A stretch of DNA of 64,000 bases. Source: an uncultured delta proteobacterium (GTDB taxonomy: Bacteria; Desulfobacterota; RBG-13-43-22). The DNA lies in assembly GCA_963711835.1 (NCBI GenBank), contig CAVQFQ010000010.1:64001-128000 (forward strand). The letters run 5' to 3'. The notes below the pieces were generated by a model, which did no database searches, had not been told where the DNA came from, and saw only the letters and a program-made list of their open reading frames with translations. Below are positions 1-9,473 of the stretch, piece by piece. Positions within the stretch are counted from its first letter, which is position 1, and each line of letters starts with the position of its first letter. The translations under genes were made by a program, and so were the position numbers.

Positions 1-606
1 CTGCGGGTTATTCTGGCCTTGTTGTTTTTTTTCAGCATCCTGCTCTGGCCTTTTTTTGTCTCCGGCCCGACCCGCTGGTGGACCTGGGGCCCCTTCCATC
101 TAAGCCGGGAATCGTTTCTTTACGGGATGGCCATGGGTTTGCGGCTGGCCACCTTTGTCTCCATCGGCCTGATCTTTCTATCCACGACCAGAAACGAAGA
201 GCTGACCAGCGGCCTGATTCGCATGGGCCTTCCCTATCCGATAGCCTTCGCCCTTTCCACAGCCCTGCGTCTGGTGCCGACCTTCGTCGGAGCCGGGGCG
301 ACCATTATCCAGGCCCAGGTCTCCCGCGGCCTGGATCTGGAAAGCGGAAACCTCTTCCGCCGCCTGAGCAAATTTATTCCCCAGGCTGTCCCCCTTTTTA
401 TCTATGCCGTCAACCAGACCAATTATCTGGCCATGGCCCTGGAATCCAAAGGCTTCGATCCCGGATCGAAACGAACTTTCTATTATGAACTGCGGATGAA
501 ACCTATCGACTATCTGGTCTTGGGATTTCTTTGCCTGGTGACGGCGGTCTTGCTTTACGGGCGTTTGGGAAGGTCCTGGGGGGTGTTGCTGCCGGGACGT
601 CTGTGA
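1..606 (+). CDS. ecfT: ECF transporter transmembrane T component (CbiQ/EcfT family), probably 5'-truncated by the window edge
   Basis: Hydrophobic helices plus the T-component motifs ALRLVP, AQVSRG and AMALESKGF. Confidence 0.85.
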   Translation: MRVILALLFFFSILLWPFFVSGPTRWWTWGPFHLSRESFLYGMAMGLRLATFVSIGLIFLSTTRNEELTSGLIRMGLPYPIAFALSTALRLVPTFVGAGATIIQAQVSRGLDLESGNLFRRLSKFIPQAVPLFIYAVNQTNYLAMALESKGFDPGSKRTFYYELRMKPIDYLVLGFLCLVTAVLLYGRLGRSWGVLLPGRL

Positions 607-651
607 GGATCTTTTCGGGCAGGATTGGCTTCGCTATGTCGGCTCAAACGG

Positions 652-2265
652 TCAAGTCAGGTCCCGGGCTAAACCTTCCATCGGCCAGGAGGCTCGAATT
701 ACCGTTCCCGTCTCCTTGGCGGACTCTATAACGAAGGTCCCGCCGGAAAGCCTGGCTCTTTCCTCCATACTGTCAAGTCCCAATCCTTTCGAGACCTTTT
801 GCCGATCAAACCCTTGGCCGTTGTCTTGAACAGTCAATTCAATGGCGCCGTTGCTTTTTTGCAGGGAAAGTTTTACCGAATCGGCTCGGCTGTGTTTGGT
901 GACATTGTGAAAAGCCTCCTGAATAATCCTAAAAATAATAATCCGCAACGGTTTCGGAATCAATTTTTCATCGATATCCCAGTCTTTTTCAACCCGGATT
1001 CCGGGATGAATGAGTTGAAACTCCCGGCAGAACCAGTTCATCGCGGCCAGAAGTCCCAAATCATCCAATACCGCAGGTCTTAAGCCGGTCATAATCCTTC
1101 GAGTTTCCTCAATGCTTTGTTGCAGCATTGGGATAAGGCCCCTTAAGGATTCGGGATTAGCCATTCCTTTTTCCAGTTGGTTAATGTTATTCTCAACAAC
1201 ATATTTGACGGCGCTCAAAGACGAGCTGAGACCGTCATGAATTTCGCCGGCGATCTTTTTCCGCTCTTCTTCTTGACTCGTTAGAAGTCTGGAAGAGAGG
1301 GTGTCGAGCTCTTTCAGGTAGCGGTGTTCTTTCCTGGAATAGATACGCGACAGGATAACCAGGAAGAATAACAGGGCCGAGATAACTCCAATCTGTATAA
1401 AAATGGTCGCATGAGACACTAAGGCCTCTTTTTTCCCTGTTTCGACCATAACGGCCCAGCCGATCCCCTTAATCGGTGTGAAAGCCACATATTTTGTTTG
1501 GTTGCCGTCGGAAGGGTCTTCTACCTCAAAGGTGCCTGCCTCCTCTTCAACAACCTTTTTGATCCAGGGGGGAACCGGATAGCCCGTCCTTTTAATGGAG
1601 GAAGGAAAACCAGTGCGGTATATGATGCCCCCCTGTTGATCGATCAGGGTTATTTTTTCACCGGGGTTCAAACCAATCTCCTGGACAATCCTTTCAAAAA
1701 CGGCAACCCGCTGAGAAGTTCCCAGGATTCCGATCGTCTTCCCGGTCTCATCAAAAATCGGAGCACAAACCGCAACGGCAAATTCTTTATCGCCTTCGTT
1801 TCTTTGAAAAACAGCCGAAACATAGGGTTTCCAGTCCTTACTGACCCCCTGGTACCAATCACGAGCAGAGAAATTTTTCCCGTGGATATCCCTATAGATG
1901 GGGAAATTAACCCAGAGGCGGCCGGCGGGATCGGTGATAAATACGATATCAATTTCGATGTGGTCCTGTTTTATCCGGGTTAGGTGCTGGAAACTTTCCT
2001 GAAGATCTCTTTTCTTAACGGCCGCGATCAGGAGGGGACGACTGGCATAGGATTGGACAATCCCGGAGACCGCTCTCTCATGCTCCAGGATGATTCTGGA
2101 AAGCAGCCTGGCTTTTATTTCGTTGTTGTTCCTGGCATCGGATAGGGCATCTTGATAAAAAGTATAGGCTACGGCCAGGGCGCCGCCCAGGATGAAAATA
2201 AAAAGCAGAAAGGTCGTGACTCGAACATGTTTGGGATATGTAAGATGTGGTTTCATCGGCCCCAT
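652..2265 (-). CDS. Membrane sensor histidine kinase (dCache-like periplasmic domain, HisKA_3/HATPase)
   Basis: Two TM segments; Cache motif NFSARDWY; H-box EERKKIAGEIHD; LRPAVLDDLGL; QEAFHNVTKHS; DNGQGF; GLGL. Confidence 0.9.
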   Translation of the reverse strand: MGPMKPHLTYPKHVRVTTFLLFIFILGGALAVAYTFYQDALSDARNNNEIKARLLSRIILEHERAVSGIVQSYASRPLLIAAVKKRDLQESFQHLTRIKQDHIEIDIVFITDPAGRLWVNFPIYRDIHGKNFSARDWYQGVSKDWKPYVSAVFQRNEGDKEFAVAVCAPIFDETGKTIGILGTSQRVAVFERIVQEIGLNPGEKITLIDQQGGIIYRTGFPSSIKRTGYPVPPWIKKVVEEEAGTFEVEDPSDGNQTKYVAFTPIKGIGWAVMVETGKKEALVSHATIFIQIGVISALLFFLVILSRIYSRKEHRYLKELDTLSSRLLTSQEEERKKIAGEIHDGLSSSLSAVKYVVENNINQLEKGMANPESLRGLIPMLQQSIEETRRIMTGLRPAVLDDLGLLAAMNWFCREFQLIHPGIRVEKDWDIDEKLIPKPLRIIIFRIIQEAFHNVTKHSRADSVKLSLQKSNGAIELTVQDNGQGFDRQKVSKGLGLDSMEERARLSGGTFVIESAKETGTVIRASWPMEGLARDLT

Positions 2266-2570
2266 GGTCTACCTGCTCCCGCCGGTGCCAGCACTGCTCC
2301 GAAAATTAATGGCTTTCTTCCAACTTGTAGTTTAAATTATACCTTAATCCCGACGATTGGGAAAAGGATTATCTCCAAAAAAGTGGGGTGAAGAACAAAA
2401 AATACGTGATTCACCCTATTTACTTCCCGGATACTCTCAGGTAAACTAATTATTATTAGTAGTACGTGTCTGCCGGGCTGGATTTCCCCGGCAACTTTTT
2501 TCCGCCTGAGGCTCCGGGAAAGGCCTCCAGGCAACCCAGAAACGGGTCTTCATTTCAAAAATCTATCTTT

Positions 2571-2586
2571 TTTGACTTAAGTCAAA
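2571..2586. promoter_or_regulatory. Crp/Fnr-family-like operator upstream of nrfH
   Basis: Perfect palindrome TTTGACTTAAGTCAAA (TTGAC-N4-GTCAA), upstream of a TATCAT -10-like hexamer near 2606. Confidence 0.6.
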
Positions 2587-2689
2587 GAATCGGCAATTTT
2601 TTCAAGTATCATTTCCTTAAAAGAGCATTCTCTCTTCCTCTATTACGTGAACCCAGGCGCTTTTAACCCTTAAAAGATGGGGGTGCCAA

Positions 2690-3160
2690 ATGATTCTTCC
2701 CAGAGGAAAGCGATTATGGCTGTATTTGGGTGTTGCGGCCGTGGTCGTAATCGCCGTGGGCGGGTTCGTATCCTTCGGCCCGCCTAAATTATTCGCCAAA
2801 TCGGAAACTCCGGAGTTCTGCGCCGGTTGTCACGTCATGGAATCCCAATATGAAGCCTGGCGCCATCAGGGGTCCCACCGCCGGATCAAATGTATCGACT
2901 GTCACCTGCCCAATGACAACTTCCCCAATCATGCCGCCTGGAAAGGTCTCACGGGGATGTGGGATACCTTTGCATTTTATTCCGGCCGGGTCCCGGAAAA
3001 TATCCAAATTTCCAAACGGGGGGCCCAGATTACCCAAGCCAATTGCCGGCGTTGCCACGAAGAAACCCTGGCCCGGGTCACCCTGGACCGCAACTGCTGG
3101 GAATGCCATCGCCGCCTTACCCATAAATTGACCGGGGCGATGGATACGCTGTCTCCTTAA
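2690..3160 (+). CDS. nrfH: Cytochrome c nitrite reductase small subunit (tetrahaem quinol dehydrogenase)
   Basis: N-terminal TM helix; four CxxCH motifs (CAGCHVM, CIDCHLP, CRRCH, CWECH); lies upstream of nrfA. Confidence 0.95.
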   Translation: MILPRGKRLWLYLGVAAVVVIAVGGFVSFGPPKLFAKSETPEFCAGCHVMESQYEAWRHQGSHRRIKCIDCHLPNDNFPNHAAWKGLTGMWDTFAFYSGRVPENIQISKRGAQITQANCRRCHEETLARVTLDRNCWECHRRLTHKLTGAMDTLSP

Positions 3161-3257
3161 AAACGGCAAAACCAGGTGAGGATCGTCCCCGTTCCGTTTG
3201 CGACCGGCGGGGACCGAGGTCTGAGGCCATTAAAAGCCAATCACAGAGGAGGGGCTT

Positions 3258-4766
3258 ATGAAAAAATTTAAATTCTTTCTGCTGCTGATCTTATTGGTAC
3301 TCGGAGGGGGGTTATTGATTTACGCCTGTTCTCCCTCCAAACCCGAGCCGGTAAAAACCGTGGCCATTGCCGACGGAGACTTTGATCCGGCCAACTGGGG
3401 CAAGGCCTATCCCCTGGAGTACGAGTCCTGGGTGAAGACCCAGGACCCCAGACCGGCCGGAAAAAGCAAATATAAAAAAGGATACGACACCGACAAGGTG
3501 ATTTATGACAAGCTGAGTGAATTTCCCACCATGCCTCTTCTGTTCAACGGCTGGGGCTTTGGGGTGGAGTACAACGAACCGCGCGGCCATCACTATATGC
3601 TCATCGACCAGTTGGAGGTTGATCCCTCCCGGTTGAAGGCCGGCGGGGTCTGCCTGACCTGTAAAACCCCCTATGCAGCCATATTGCAGGAAAAGTACGG
3701 GGCCAATTATTTTAAAGACCCTTATCTGGAGGTGCACGCCAAGATACCCCAGCAATTTCAGAAATTAGGAGTGGCCTGCGCCGACTGCCACGACAACAAG
3801 ACCTTGAATCCCAAGCTCTCCCGCTGGACTTTAAATAAGGCCCTGTCGGATATGGGCAAGGATCCCAAGACAGCCGGCCGCCAGGAAATGCGCAGCCTGG
3901 TTTGCGCCCAGTGCCACGTTTCCTATATTATTTCCAAGGACGCGGACATGAAGTCCACAGCGGTCTTCTTCCCCTGGCAGGGCAGCAAGGTGGGGGATAT
4001 TTCCATTGAAAATATTATTAAGGTTATAAAAAGCAGTCCCGCCCACGGCGAATGGAAACAGGCGATCACCGGCTTTAAGGTCGGCTTTATCCGCCACCCG
4101 GAGTATGAATTTTACAGCCGGGACAGCGTCCACTGGAAGGCCAATGTGGCCTGCGCCGACTGCCACATGCCTTACACCAAGGTGGGGGCCAACAAGATCT
4201 CGGATCATAATGTCATGAGTCCCTTGAAAAACGATTTGCGGGCCTGCCAGCAGTGCCATACCGAAACCCCGCAATGGCTGACTGAACAGGTTGTCGCCAT
4301 CCAGGATCGCACCGTGTCCCTGATGAACCGGTCCGGTTATGCCTGCGCGGTAACCGCCAAGCTGTTTGAAACGGCCCATAAGGCCCAGGAGCAGGGCAAG
4401 AAGATCGACGAGGCCCTCTACCAACAGGCCAAGGACCTGTATCTGGAAGCCTTCTACCGAGTCATCTTTATCGGGGCGGAAAACTCCATCGGCTTTCACA
4501 ATCCTTCCGAGGCCGGCCGCATAATGGGCGATGCGGTAGCCATGGCCATGCGGGCCGAGGCTTTACTGCGGCAGGCTCTGACCAAGGCGGGCGTGGATTT
4601 GCCGGCTAATATCAACCTGGAAATGGCCAAATATATCAACGAGCGCGGGGTCAAGAAACTGAAGTTCCGGCCGGAATTTGAATTCAAGGATCCGTTCGGT
4701 ATTCAGGAAATGATCACTCCGGCCAAATTTTCCGGGTTGCCGGTCACGGCGCCTAAGGCCAAGTAA
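3258..4766 (+). CDS. nrfA: Ammonia-forming pentahaem cytochrome c nitrite reductase
   Basis: Signal peptide with lipobox-like YAC; YNEPRGH; CLTCK active-site haem plus four CxxCH motifs; ENSIGFHNP. Confidence 0.97.
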   Translation: MKKFKFFLLLILLVLGGGLLIYACSPSKPEPVKTVAIADGDFDPANWGKAYPLEYESWVKTQDPRPAGKSKYKKGYDTDKVIYDKLSEFPTMPLLFNGWGFGVEYNEPRGHHYMLIDQLEVDPSRLKAGGVCLTCKTPYAAILQEKYGANYFKDPYLEVHAKIPQQFQKLGVACADCHDNKTLNPKLSRWTLNKALSDMGKDPKTAGRQEMRSLVCAQCHVSYIISKDADMKSTAVFFPWQGSKVGDISIENIIKVIKSSPAHGEWKQAITGFKVGFIRHPEYEFYSRDSVHWKANVACADCHMPYTKVGANKISDHNVMSPLKNDLRACQQCHTETPQWLTEQVVAIQDRTVSLMNRSGYACAVTAKLFETAHKAQEQGKKIDEALYQQAKDLYLEAFYRVIFIGAENSIGFHNPSEAGRIMGDAVAMAMRAEALLRQALTKAGVDLPANINLEMAKYINERGVKKLKFRPEFEFKDPFGIQEMITPAKFSGLPVTAPKAK

Positions 4767-4772
4767 AAAATA

Positions 4773-5150
4773 ATGCCGGGCTTCGTTCTAATTCTCAGTC
4801 TAGTCGCTGTCTGGATGCTGCCTCAGGCCCTGGCTCAAGGGCCTGAGGCCTTTTTCAAGGAAGGTAAAAAAATTTTTGAAGAAACCTGCGCCGACTGCCA
4901 CCTGCGCAGCGGGCAGGGCCTCCCGGCCAAGTTTCCGGCCCTGGACGGAAATCCCTTTGTCGTGGGCGATCCGGCCAAGGTGATCGATACCGTCCTCAAC
5001 GGGCGCAAAGGAAAACTTGGCCAAATGCCTACCTGGAAGGACACCTTTAATGACCGGCAGTTGGCGTCCATCATAACGTATGTGCGCCAGGGCTGGTCGA
5101 ATAAAGGGACAGCCGTTACGGTCGAGATGGTGAAGAAGAGAAGGAAATAA
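4773..5150 (+). CDS. Periplasmic monohaem class I cytochrome c
   Basis: Signal peptide; CADCH; FPAL; GQMP distal Met; YVRQGWSN. Confidence 0.9.
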   Translation: MPGFVLILSLVAVWMLPQALAQGPEAFFKEGKKIFEETCADCHLRSGQGLPAKFPALDGNPFVVGDPAKVIDTVLNGRKGKLGQMPTWKDTFNDRQLASIITYVRQGWSNKGTAVTVEMVKKRRK

Positions 5151-5200
5151 GAAAACGCAAAATCATTAGTCACCGACCTACACAGATAAAAACAGACCTT

Positions 5201-5560
5201 TTGGCCGGACGAGCCTGTCCGGAAGAAGCCATCGCCTTGCCCGATCAGGAGGATAAACCAATCCTCGATTTCGGGTGCTGCCTATTTTGCGGACAATGCC
5301 TGAAAGTCTGCCCTACCGGGACGCTTAAGGAAGGAACAACCGGCTTTCGGGTGCAGGTGGGCGGCAAGTTAGGCCGCCATCCCCAACTGGCCCGGGACCT
5401 GGGGAAAATTTTTTCTCAGGAGGAACTTCTGAAAAAACTTAATGAATACCTTGACCTCTACCAGACCCAAAATCAAAAGGGGGAACGTCTGGGCGAGATT
5501 TTGAATCGCCTGGATAGGTCCTCTGTAATCCAGAAACAGGAACATCAAGCAGCTTCTTAA
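5201..5560 (+). pseudogene. C-terminal fragment of a ferredoxin-containing nitrite/sulfite reductase-like 4Fe-4S protein
   Basis: Starts mid-domain at ACPEEAI; CLFCGQCLKVCP; VGGKLGRHP; GERLGEIL; TTG start without an evident RBS and no N-terminal half. Confidence 0.7.
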
Positions 5561-8352
5561 GAAATTGAGAGGGGTTTAACGGCGGGTGGGAAGTAAACCT
5601 CAAAGGTCGTCTCTCCGGAGGCATAGCAATCCTCAGGGCTGGTGCAAAAACGGCAGCGGCTGATGCGGCCCGGGCAGATATCCTCATCTCTGGGGATGTA
5701 GCCGCATCGGGTTGACGTCATGCTGATTTGAAAATGATAGCGCTCGGAGAGGATCTTCATCCGCAGCAGGTCGGCTCCTTTGCCGCCCGCCAGAAAGTCA
5801 AAAGGTTTCCTGGTGGAATAGGCCATGGTGTCCCGGGTGGAAAAGAACCCCTCAAATATCCGCTTTTGGGCATCCTCGTTTATACCGACCCCATAATCGT
5901 TAACCACCAGCAGGGAGCCTTCGCCTCTCTTTTGAACCTTGACCTCGATTTTTCCTTCATCCGGGGTATTCTCGATGGCATTACGGATCAACCCGTCTAC
6001 CACCTTTTGTAATACCTCGGGTGGAATCAGAACAGTTCCGGTTTCCTCAAACTGGGGGACCAGGTGGATCTCCCTATGGGCAAACAGGGGCTTCAAACTC
6101 TCCAGCCTTTCTTCCACCATTTGGGCCAGATTTATTTGCTGGGATTCCACTTCCCGGGGCTGAAAAATTTCTTTAAGGCGCCAGCGGATTTTCTCGGCCA
6201 GGGTTTCCTCACCCGTTTCCTCTGCAATCAAGGCTGCTAATTCATCGGTACACTGAGACATCACCTGGCTTAGCAGGCTCTCGGACTTTTGATCCCGGCC
6301 CTCCATAATATCATTGACCTCGTATTGGATCTCCAAAATCCGCCTCAGATTGCGCTGGATCCGTTCCATTCCCGGTTGTATCTTTTCATCGGGAAGAGAG
6401 GCTACCTTTCGTGAAAGAGAGTTGACCGAACTAATGAGAATAGCCAGCGGTGTTTTTAATTCATGCGATAGGTGGTTGATGGCCTTGTCTTTGGCCCTGT
6501 TGAGACTGGTTACCTCTTCGTAGGCCTTTTTTAATTCACTCGAAACCCGGGCATTTTCGATCGAAAGGGCTACCGTTCCGGCGATCATGTTTAAAAGTTC
6601 CAGGTCGGTCTTCTGGAACTCCCCGTTTTTTTTATTGATGGCACAAAGGACACCGGTGATTCGCTCCCGGAGGCGCAAGGGCACCAGGGCCAGGTTTCGG
6701 GTGGTATAGCCCAACCGTTTATCCCGTTCCTCGTGGAGTTCCTGATCTTCAGAGGTGTCGGAGACAATCATGGATTCCCCGGTTTGGATGACCTTCCCGG
6801 CAACCAGTTGATCCAGGGGAAAGCGGCTTTCCTTCACCCGCCGGCCCGTTTCCGAGGCATCATAGGCCGCCCCCAGGAAAAAGAGTTCCTTTTTTTCTTC
6901 ATCCTGGAGGATAACGGCCGCCCCTTCACAATCCAAAAGCCGGTTGACTTCCTCATTGATGAATTCCAGGAGGTTTTCCAGATCGGGATGGCGGGGCAGG
7001 GCCAGGCTTATCTTCAACAGGGCTTCATTGCTTCGCAGGGCCTTTTTGAGCTCCTCGGAAAAGCGGGCATTTTCAACGGAGAGGGCCACCGTTCCGGCGA
7101 TCATGTTCAGGAGTTCAACATCCCCCTGATCAAAAACCCCTTCCTTTTTATTGATGGCGCACAAGACCCCGATGATGCGGTCGCTGCTCTTTAAAGGAAC
7201 CAAGACCAGGTTCCGCGTTTTGTATCCCAGCCTTCGGTCCCGTTCATCATGCAGCTCCAGATCCTGTGAGGTATCAGAGACAATAAGCGCCTCCCCGGTC
7301 CGGATCACCCGGCCGGCCACAAGTTGATCCATTGAAAACCGGATATCCTCGACCCTTTTTTCCTTTTCCGGATCGTCATAAGCGGCCCCGGAAATGAAAA
7401 GGTCGCCTTTAATCTCGTCGTGCAGGATCGCGATGGAGCCTTCGGTATTTAAAAGGTGTTTGACTTCCGTGTTGATGAAGAAAAGAAGGTCTTTCAGTTC
7501 GGGGTGTTCGGGAAGGGCCATACTGATCCGGAGCATGGCCTCGTTGTATCGAGCGATCCTTTTTTCACGGGTGATATCTCTGAGGATAACGATCTGACCG
7601 GCCGGTTCCTCCGGAGCAACGGAAAAAACAGCGGCCCGGATGACCACATCCAGGATAAGGCCATCTTTGGTCAGGCGCTGGGTTTCAAAACGAGAGATGA
7701 TCCTTTCTTCCATCAGCTTCTGAATGCCCTCACCGGTTTCCTGCTCCAACCCGGGAGGGACATAGGGAATCCGTTTTCCTTCCAGTTCCTCCAGGGTCCA
7801 TCCGAATACCTCGCTGAAGGCCGGGTTGAGATAGGCCACCCGTCCATCCAAGGCGACCACCACTACCGGGTAAGGCGCAAAATCCAGCAGGGCCCTCAGC
7901 CGTCTTTCTGATTTTCCCAGGGCCTGTTCGGCCTTCTTTCGGTCGCTGATATCCTGAAGGGTCTCGATGGCCCCGATAATCCTCCCGTCCCCGTCAATCA
8001 GCGGGGCGGCCGTAAAAAAAAGCCATTTCCCGCCGCCGGTCAGGTTCGGGAAAAAATCCTCGGCCTCATAAGCCCCCTCGATCAGAGCCGATTTGGCGTA
8101 TCTGTCTCCATAATGTCGGGCCATTTCTTCGGAGGAGGCCTGATTGACGATGAAGTCGGCCAGGGTAGGCCGCTGGACGGGATAGAAGGCCTTCCACTGA
8201 TTTCGGGTTCCGATCAGGCTCCCGGCCGGGAGACCGGTCAGGTTTTCGAAGGCCTTGTTGCAGTGAGTCATCACATGATCGGCGTCGATTACAAAGGTCG
8301 CTATGGACAGGCCCTGGACGATTTGGGAAAACCGCTTTTCAGCTTCTTTCAA
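5557..8352 (-). CDS. Soluble PAS-PAS-GAF-GAF histidine kinase with a Cys-rich C-terminal insertion
   Basis: PAS ends QDISDRK and RDITREK; two similar GAF repeats; H-box SHELKTPL; N-box NAIENT; DYGVGI. Start reassigned to TTG at 8352 (AGGAA upstream) because the longer ORF overlaps rodA. Confidence 0.88.
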   Translation of the reverse strand: MKEAEKRFSQIVQGLSIATFVIDADHVMTHCNKAFENLTGLPAGSLIGTRNQWKAFYPVQRPTLADFIVNQASSEEMARHYGDRYAKSALIEGAYEAEDFFPNLTGGGKWLFFTAAPLIDGDGRIIGAIETLQDISDRKKAEQALGKSERRLRALLDFAPYPVVVVALDGRVAYLNPAFSEVFGWTLEELEGKRIPYVPPGLEQETGEGIQKLMEERIISRFETQRLTKDGLILDVVIRAAVFSVAPEEPAGQIVILRDITREKRIARYNEAMLRISMALPEHPELKDLLFFINTEVKHLLNTEGSIAILHDEIKGDLFISGAAYDDPEKEKRVEDIRFSMDQLVAGRVIRTGEALIVSDTSQDLELHDERDRRLGYKTRNLVLVPLKSSDRIIGVLCAINKKEGVFDQGDVELLNMIAGTVALSVENARFSEELKKALRSNEALLKISLALPRHPDLENLLEFINEEVNRLLDCEGAAVILQDEEKKELFFLGAAYDASETGRRVKESRFPLDQLVAGKVIQTGESMIVSDTSEDQELHEERDKRLGYTTRNLALVPLRLRERITGVLCAINKKNGEFQKTDLELLNMIAGTVALSIENARVSSELKKAYEEVTSLNRAKDKAINHLSHELKTPLAILISSVNSLSRKVASLPDEKIQPGMERIQRNLRRILEIQYEVNDIMEGRDQKSESLLSQVMSQCTDELAALIAEETGEETLAEKIRWRLKEIFQPREVESQQINLAQMVEERLESLKPLFAHREIHLVPQFEETGTVLIPPEVLQKVVDGLIRNAIENTPDEGKIEVKVQKRGEGSLLVVNDYGVGINEDAQKRIFEGFFSTRDTMAYSTRKPFDFLAGGKGADLLRMKILSERYHFQISMTSTRCGYIPRDEDICPGRISRCRFCTSPEDCYASGETTFEVYFPPAVKPLSIS

Positions 8353-8366
8353 CTTGATTTCCTGTC

Positions 8367-9473
8367 TTAGGATTGAATGATAAAACGGCGCATATGGATA
8401 TTCAGCAGCAGGCCGATCCCGATCAGGCTGGCCATAATGGAAGAACCGCCGTAACTGATAAAAGGCAAGGGGACCCCGACCACCGGGACCAGCCCAACCA
8501 CCATGCCCATATTTACTAAACTTTGCCAGAAAAAAATGGCGCAAATGCCCAAGGCCAGGAACAGACCGAAGCGGTCCTTGGATTGGCGGGCGATGTTCAA
8601 GGCCCATAAAATCAAAACCAGAAAAAGGGTGACCACTAAAAAGGAGCCCAGAAAACCCCATTCCTCGGCCAGAATGGAAAAGGCAAAATCGGTATGTTGT
8701 TCCGGTAAAAAGCGGAGTTGCCCCTGGGTCCCTTTTAAAAAACCTTTGCCCAAAAAACCTCCGGAGCCGACGGCGATTTTGGATTGGAGGATATGATACC
8801 CTGCTCCCAAGGGATCGGCTTCGGGCTGGATAAAAATCAAGAGCCTTTTCTTCTGATAATCCTTAAGAAACATCCAAAACAGGGGCAAGGAGAGAACCAG
8901 GACCCCGGCGGATATCATCAGGGTTTTCCATTCAATCCCAAGAAAGAGAAAAATGGACAGCGTGACCAACAATAATAAAAGGGCCGTCCCCAGGTCCGGC
9001 TGCTTCATAATCAACAGGGCCGGAAAGAGGGCCAGGCCGAAGGGGATATAAAGGTCCCGAAACCCGTAGCGGCGGGGAAGGTCGTTGCTGAAAAAATATT
9101 TGGCCAAGGCCAGGACCAGGGAAATTTTAACCAATTCGGAAGGTTGGAAGGCAAAAGAGGCCAGGGTCAGCCAGCGTTGGGATCCGGAGATGGATCGCCC
9201 GAAGAGCAGGACGGCCAGCAGCAAAAACAGAGAGAGCCCATACATCGGGTAGGCAATGGACAGCAAAAGGTGATAATCGAAAACAAGAACCAGCACCATC
9301 AATAAAAACCCGAAGCCTACCCAGTAAAGCTGTTTTAAATAAATGGGGGTGGCCGAACCTCCCTCGGTTTGCAAGGTGGCGGAAAAGAGGTTGATGATCC
9401 CGATCCCGATCAGGGCCAGGGTCAGGGACAGTAACAGCCAGTCAAAATTCTGGATTAACCGGCGATCAATCAC
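8367..9473 (-). CDS. rodA: Rod shape-determining SEDS protein RodA
   Basis: FQPSELVK; QPDLGT; LPEQHTDF; PFISYGGSS; follows mrdA. Confidence 0.97.
   Translation of the reverse strand: MIDRRLIQNFDWLLLSLTLALIGIGIINLFSATLQTEGGSATPIYLKQLYWVGFGFLLMVLVLVFDYHLLLSIAYPMYGLSLFLLLAVLLFGRSISGSQRWLTLASFAFQPSELVKISLVLALAKYFFSNDLPRRYGFRDLYIPFGLALFPALLIMKQPDLGTALLLLLVTLSIFLFLGIEWKTLMISAGVLVLSLPLFWMFLKDYQKKRLLIFIQPEADPLGAGYHILQSKIAVGSGGFLGKGFLKGTQGQLRFLPEQHTDFAFSILAEEWGFLGSFLVVTLFLVLILWALNIARQSKDRFGLFLALGICAIFFWQSLVNMGMVVGLVPVVGVPLPFISYGGSSIMASLIGIGLLLNIHMRRFIIQS

Noticed and set aside
8353-8661. N-terminal 100 aa of the 1034-aa kinase ORF
   Set aside because: It overlaps rodA in another frame and has no domain character; a TTG with an RBS at 8352 fits better.
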